Assembly: GCF_036365525.1 (NCBI RefSeq)
Contig: NC_090404.1
Location: forward strand, 4,853,428-4,900,000
Length of the DNA: 46,573 nt
DNA from: Heterodontus francisci
Lineage: Eukaryota
Direction of reading: 5' to 3'
Below are positions 43,461 through 46,573 of the stretch, in pieces. The notes under the pieces are model-generated. The model was not told where the DNA came from, searched no databases, and saw only the letters and a program-made list of their open reading frames with translations. The position numbers were made by a program, and so were the translations under genes. Within the stretch, counting starts at the first letter, position 1, and every line of letters begins with the position of its first letter.

Positions 43461-46330
43461 CCACACCTTAACAGGACTGTAGCTAATATCCTTGCAGGGA
43501 CATTTGTTAGTGCTGTCGGGGAGGGTTTAAGCTAGCTTGTCAGGGAGGATGGGAACCTGAGAGGTAGCTCAAATTGGAAGGAAGTAAATATAGTAACAGG
43601 AGGTAGAAAAGAGGCAAGTGACATTAGAAGGCAGGCGAAACAAAGACGAACATCAACTAGGCTTAGAATGCAGAATAATATCAAGAAGACACGGTTAAGG
43701 GCACTCGACCTGAATGCACTAAGCATTCACAACAAGGTAGATGATTGAAAGGCCCAAATAGAGGTAAATGGTTATGATCTAATTGCCATAACGAAAACGT
43801 GGCTACAGGGTGACCAAGACTGGGAACTGAATATTCAAGGATATTCGACAGTTAGGAAGAATAAGCCAAAAGGAAAAGGAGGTGGTGTTGCGCTGATAGT
43901 AAGTGATGGGATCAGTACATTAGTAAGGGAGAATCTCAGATTAAAAGAACAAAATGTGGAATCTGTTTGGCTGGAGCTTAGAAACAGCAAGGGGCAGCAA
44001 ACATTGGCAGAAGTTGTTTATAGGCCACCAAAAAGTAGTGGTAGTGTGGAGCATGGTATTACCCAGGAGATTAGAGAAGCATGTGGCATGGGTAATACAG
44101 TAATCATGGGTGATTTCAATCTGCATATAGACTGGGTAAATCTAATGAGCACTAATGCTGTGGAGAATGAGTTTCTGGAGAGTGTTAGGGATGGTTTTCT
44201 AGAGCAGTATTTTGAGGAACCAACTGGAGAACAGGTTATTTTAGATCTAGTATTATGTCATGTGAAAAAGCTAATTAATAATCTTGTCGTAAAAGAACCG
44301 TTAGGGATAAGTAACCATCATATGATAGAATTTCACATTATGTTTGAAAGTGAGGCAGTTCAATCTGAAGCCAGGGTGTTAAATTTGAACAAAGGAAATT
44401 ATGAAGGTATGAGGGGAAAATTGGCTGAGGTGGATTGGGAAAATACATTAAAAGGTTTGACAGTACATATGCAATGGATAGTCTTTAAAGAAATATTACA
44501 TCGTTTACAGCAACTATACATTCCTTCAAGGCACAAAAACCCCCAAAATTAAAGACAGTCAACCGTGGATAACAAAGGAAGTTAAGGATTGTATAAGATT
44601 AAAAGAAAAGGCCTATAAAGTTGCCAGAAATAGTAGTAAACCTCAGGATTGGGAGGATTTTAGAATACAGCAAAGGAGAGCCAGGAAACTGATAAAGAAA
44701 GGGAGAATAGAATATGAAAGTAAGCTAGCACAAAATATAAAAACGGACTGTAAAAAATTCTACAGGTACATAAAAAGGAACCGTTTGGCTAAGACCAATG
44801 TGGGTCCATTACAGGCAGACTCAGGAGAATTTATAATGGGGAGTAGAGAAATGGCAGAGAAGCTAAATGATGACTTTGTGTCTGTCTTCACTGAGGAAGA
44901 TAGAAGAAATATTCCAGAATTAGAGATCCAAGGGATTGCAGGAATGAGGAATTGAAGGAAATTAGTATTAGTAAGAAGGTTATATTGGAGTCCCCAGGTC
45001 CTGATATTCTACATCCTGGAGTGTTGAAAGAGGTAGCTCTGGAGATAGTGGATTCTGGATTACTGCAGATTGGAAGGCAGCAAATGTCACCCCACTACTT
45101 ATGAATGGAAGGAATGAGAAAACAGGGAATTACAGACCTATTAGCCTTACTTCAGTCGTTAGGAAAATGCTAGAATCTATTCTAAAGGATGTGATAAATG
45201 GACATGTGGAAAGTAATCTAATTGGGCAGTCAAGATGGATTTATGAATGTGAAATCATATTTGACGAACCTGTTGGAGCTTTTTTGAGGATATGACTAAT
45301 AGAATTGATGAAGGGGAGTCGCTGGATGTAGTATACTTGGATTTGCAGAAGGCTTTTGTTAAAGTCCCCCACAGGAGATTGGTTAGCAAAATTAAAGCAC
45401 ATGGGGGATAGGAGGTAATATACTGGCGTGGATTAAGGATTGGTTAACAGGCAGAAAGCAGAGAGTAGGAATGAGCAGGTCATTCTCATGTTGGCAGGCC
45501 GTGACTAGTGGGGTCCCGCAGGGATCAGTGCTTGCACCCCAGCTGTTCACAATATATATCAATGATTTGGATGTGGGGACCAAATGTAGTATTTCCAAGT
45601 TCGTGGATGACACAAAACTAGGTGGAAATGTGTGTTGTGAGAAAGATGCAAAGTGGCTTCAAGAGGATTTGGACAAACTTAGTGAGTGGGCAAGAACGTG
45701 GCAGATGGAATATAATGGGGAAATGTGAGGTTATCCACTTTGGTAGGAGGAATGGATGTGCAGAGTATTTCTTAAATGGTAAGAGATTAGAAAGTGTAGA
45801 TGTACAAAGGGACCTGGGTGTCCTTTTCAATAAGTCACTGAAAGATAGCATGCAGGTGCAGTAAGCAATCAGGAAGGCTAATGGTATGTTAGCCTTTATC
45901 ACAAGAGGATTTGAGTACAGGAGTAGTGAAGTCTTGCTTCAATGGTATAGAACCTTTGTTAGACTGCACCTGCAGTACTGTGTGCACGTTTGGTCCCGTT
46001 ACCTTCGGAAGGATATTATTGCCACAGAGGGAATGCAACGAAGATTCACCAGACTTGTTCCGAGGATGGCGGAACTGTCCTATGAAGAGAGTTTGGGGAA
46101 ACTGGGCCTGTATTCTCTAGAGTTTCGAAGAATGCGAGGTGATCTCATTGAAACCTACAAAATACTTAAAGGGGTAGACAGGGTAGATGCAGTTGAGAGG
46201 TTTCCCCTGGTTCGGGAATGTAGAAGCAGGGGATACAATTTCAAAATAAGGGTGAAGCCACTTAGGACAGAGATGAGGAGAAATGTCTTTACTCAGAGAG
46301 TTGTGAATCTTTGGAATTCTCTCCCCCAGA
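43461..46330 (+). mobile_element. CR1 LINE (ORF1 end + frameshifted ORF2)
   Basis: VYRPP, GDFN, LDLVL, NYRPISLTS, GVPQGSVLAP, KFVDD motifs. Confidence 0.95.
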
Positions 46331-46573
46331 GGATAACTAAGGAAAGGTTAAGGCCTATCGGAGATGTACAAGGGAATTTATGCTTGGATGCAGAAGATGT
46401 GGGCAGGGTTCTTAATGAGTTTTTTGTCTCTGCCTTTACACAGAAGAGGGTTGATGTCGACAGTGCAGTAAAAGAGGAGGAGTGTGAAATAGTAGATATG
46501 ATAAACACAATGAGAGCGGAAGTATTAGAGGGTCTGACATCCTTAAAAGTGGAAAAATCGCCAGGGCCAGATG
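46328..46573 (+). mobile_element. Second CR1 ORF2 fragment, runs off the window
   Basis: ITKERLRPI..VLNEFFVSAFT..KSPGPD. Confidence 0.85.

Overview
Eukaryotic genomic DNA, most likely from a cartilaginous fish, inferred from HE1/V-SINE-like and Deu-SINE-like repeats and abundant CR1. I found no intact host protein-coding gene. Much of the window is retroelement debris: many nested CR1 LINEs, RTE, Tx1, Rex/Babar, Penelope-type ends carrying minimal hammerhead motifs, three SINE families, LTR-like pieces and a Harbinger-type MITE. Most long ORFs in the supplied track come from these elements or from tandem repeats. The unique sequence between the repeats is not random. Read by eye across frameshifts, it resolves into about 15 decayed immunoglobulin-superfamily (IgSF) cassettes or fragments on both strands. 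Many start at a splice acceptor and appear to carry a V-type and a C-type domain in one exon, with B7/nectin/CD200-like motifs. They occur as duplicated families (A x5, B x2, C x2) plus singletons, share a short conserved intron, and are interleaved with a locus-specific degenerate 27-bp repeat. The Ig calls rest on manual motif recognition in frameshifted sequence and need HMM confirmation. Boundaries are approximate unless a junction is quoted.
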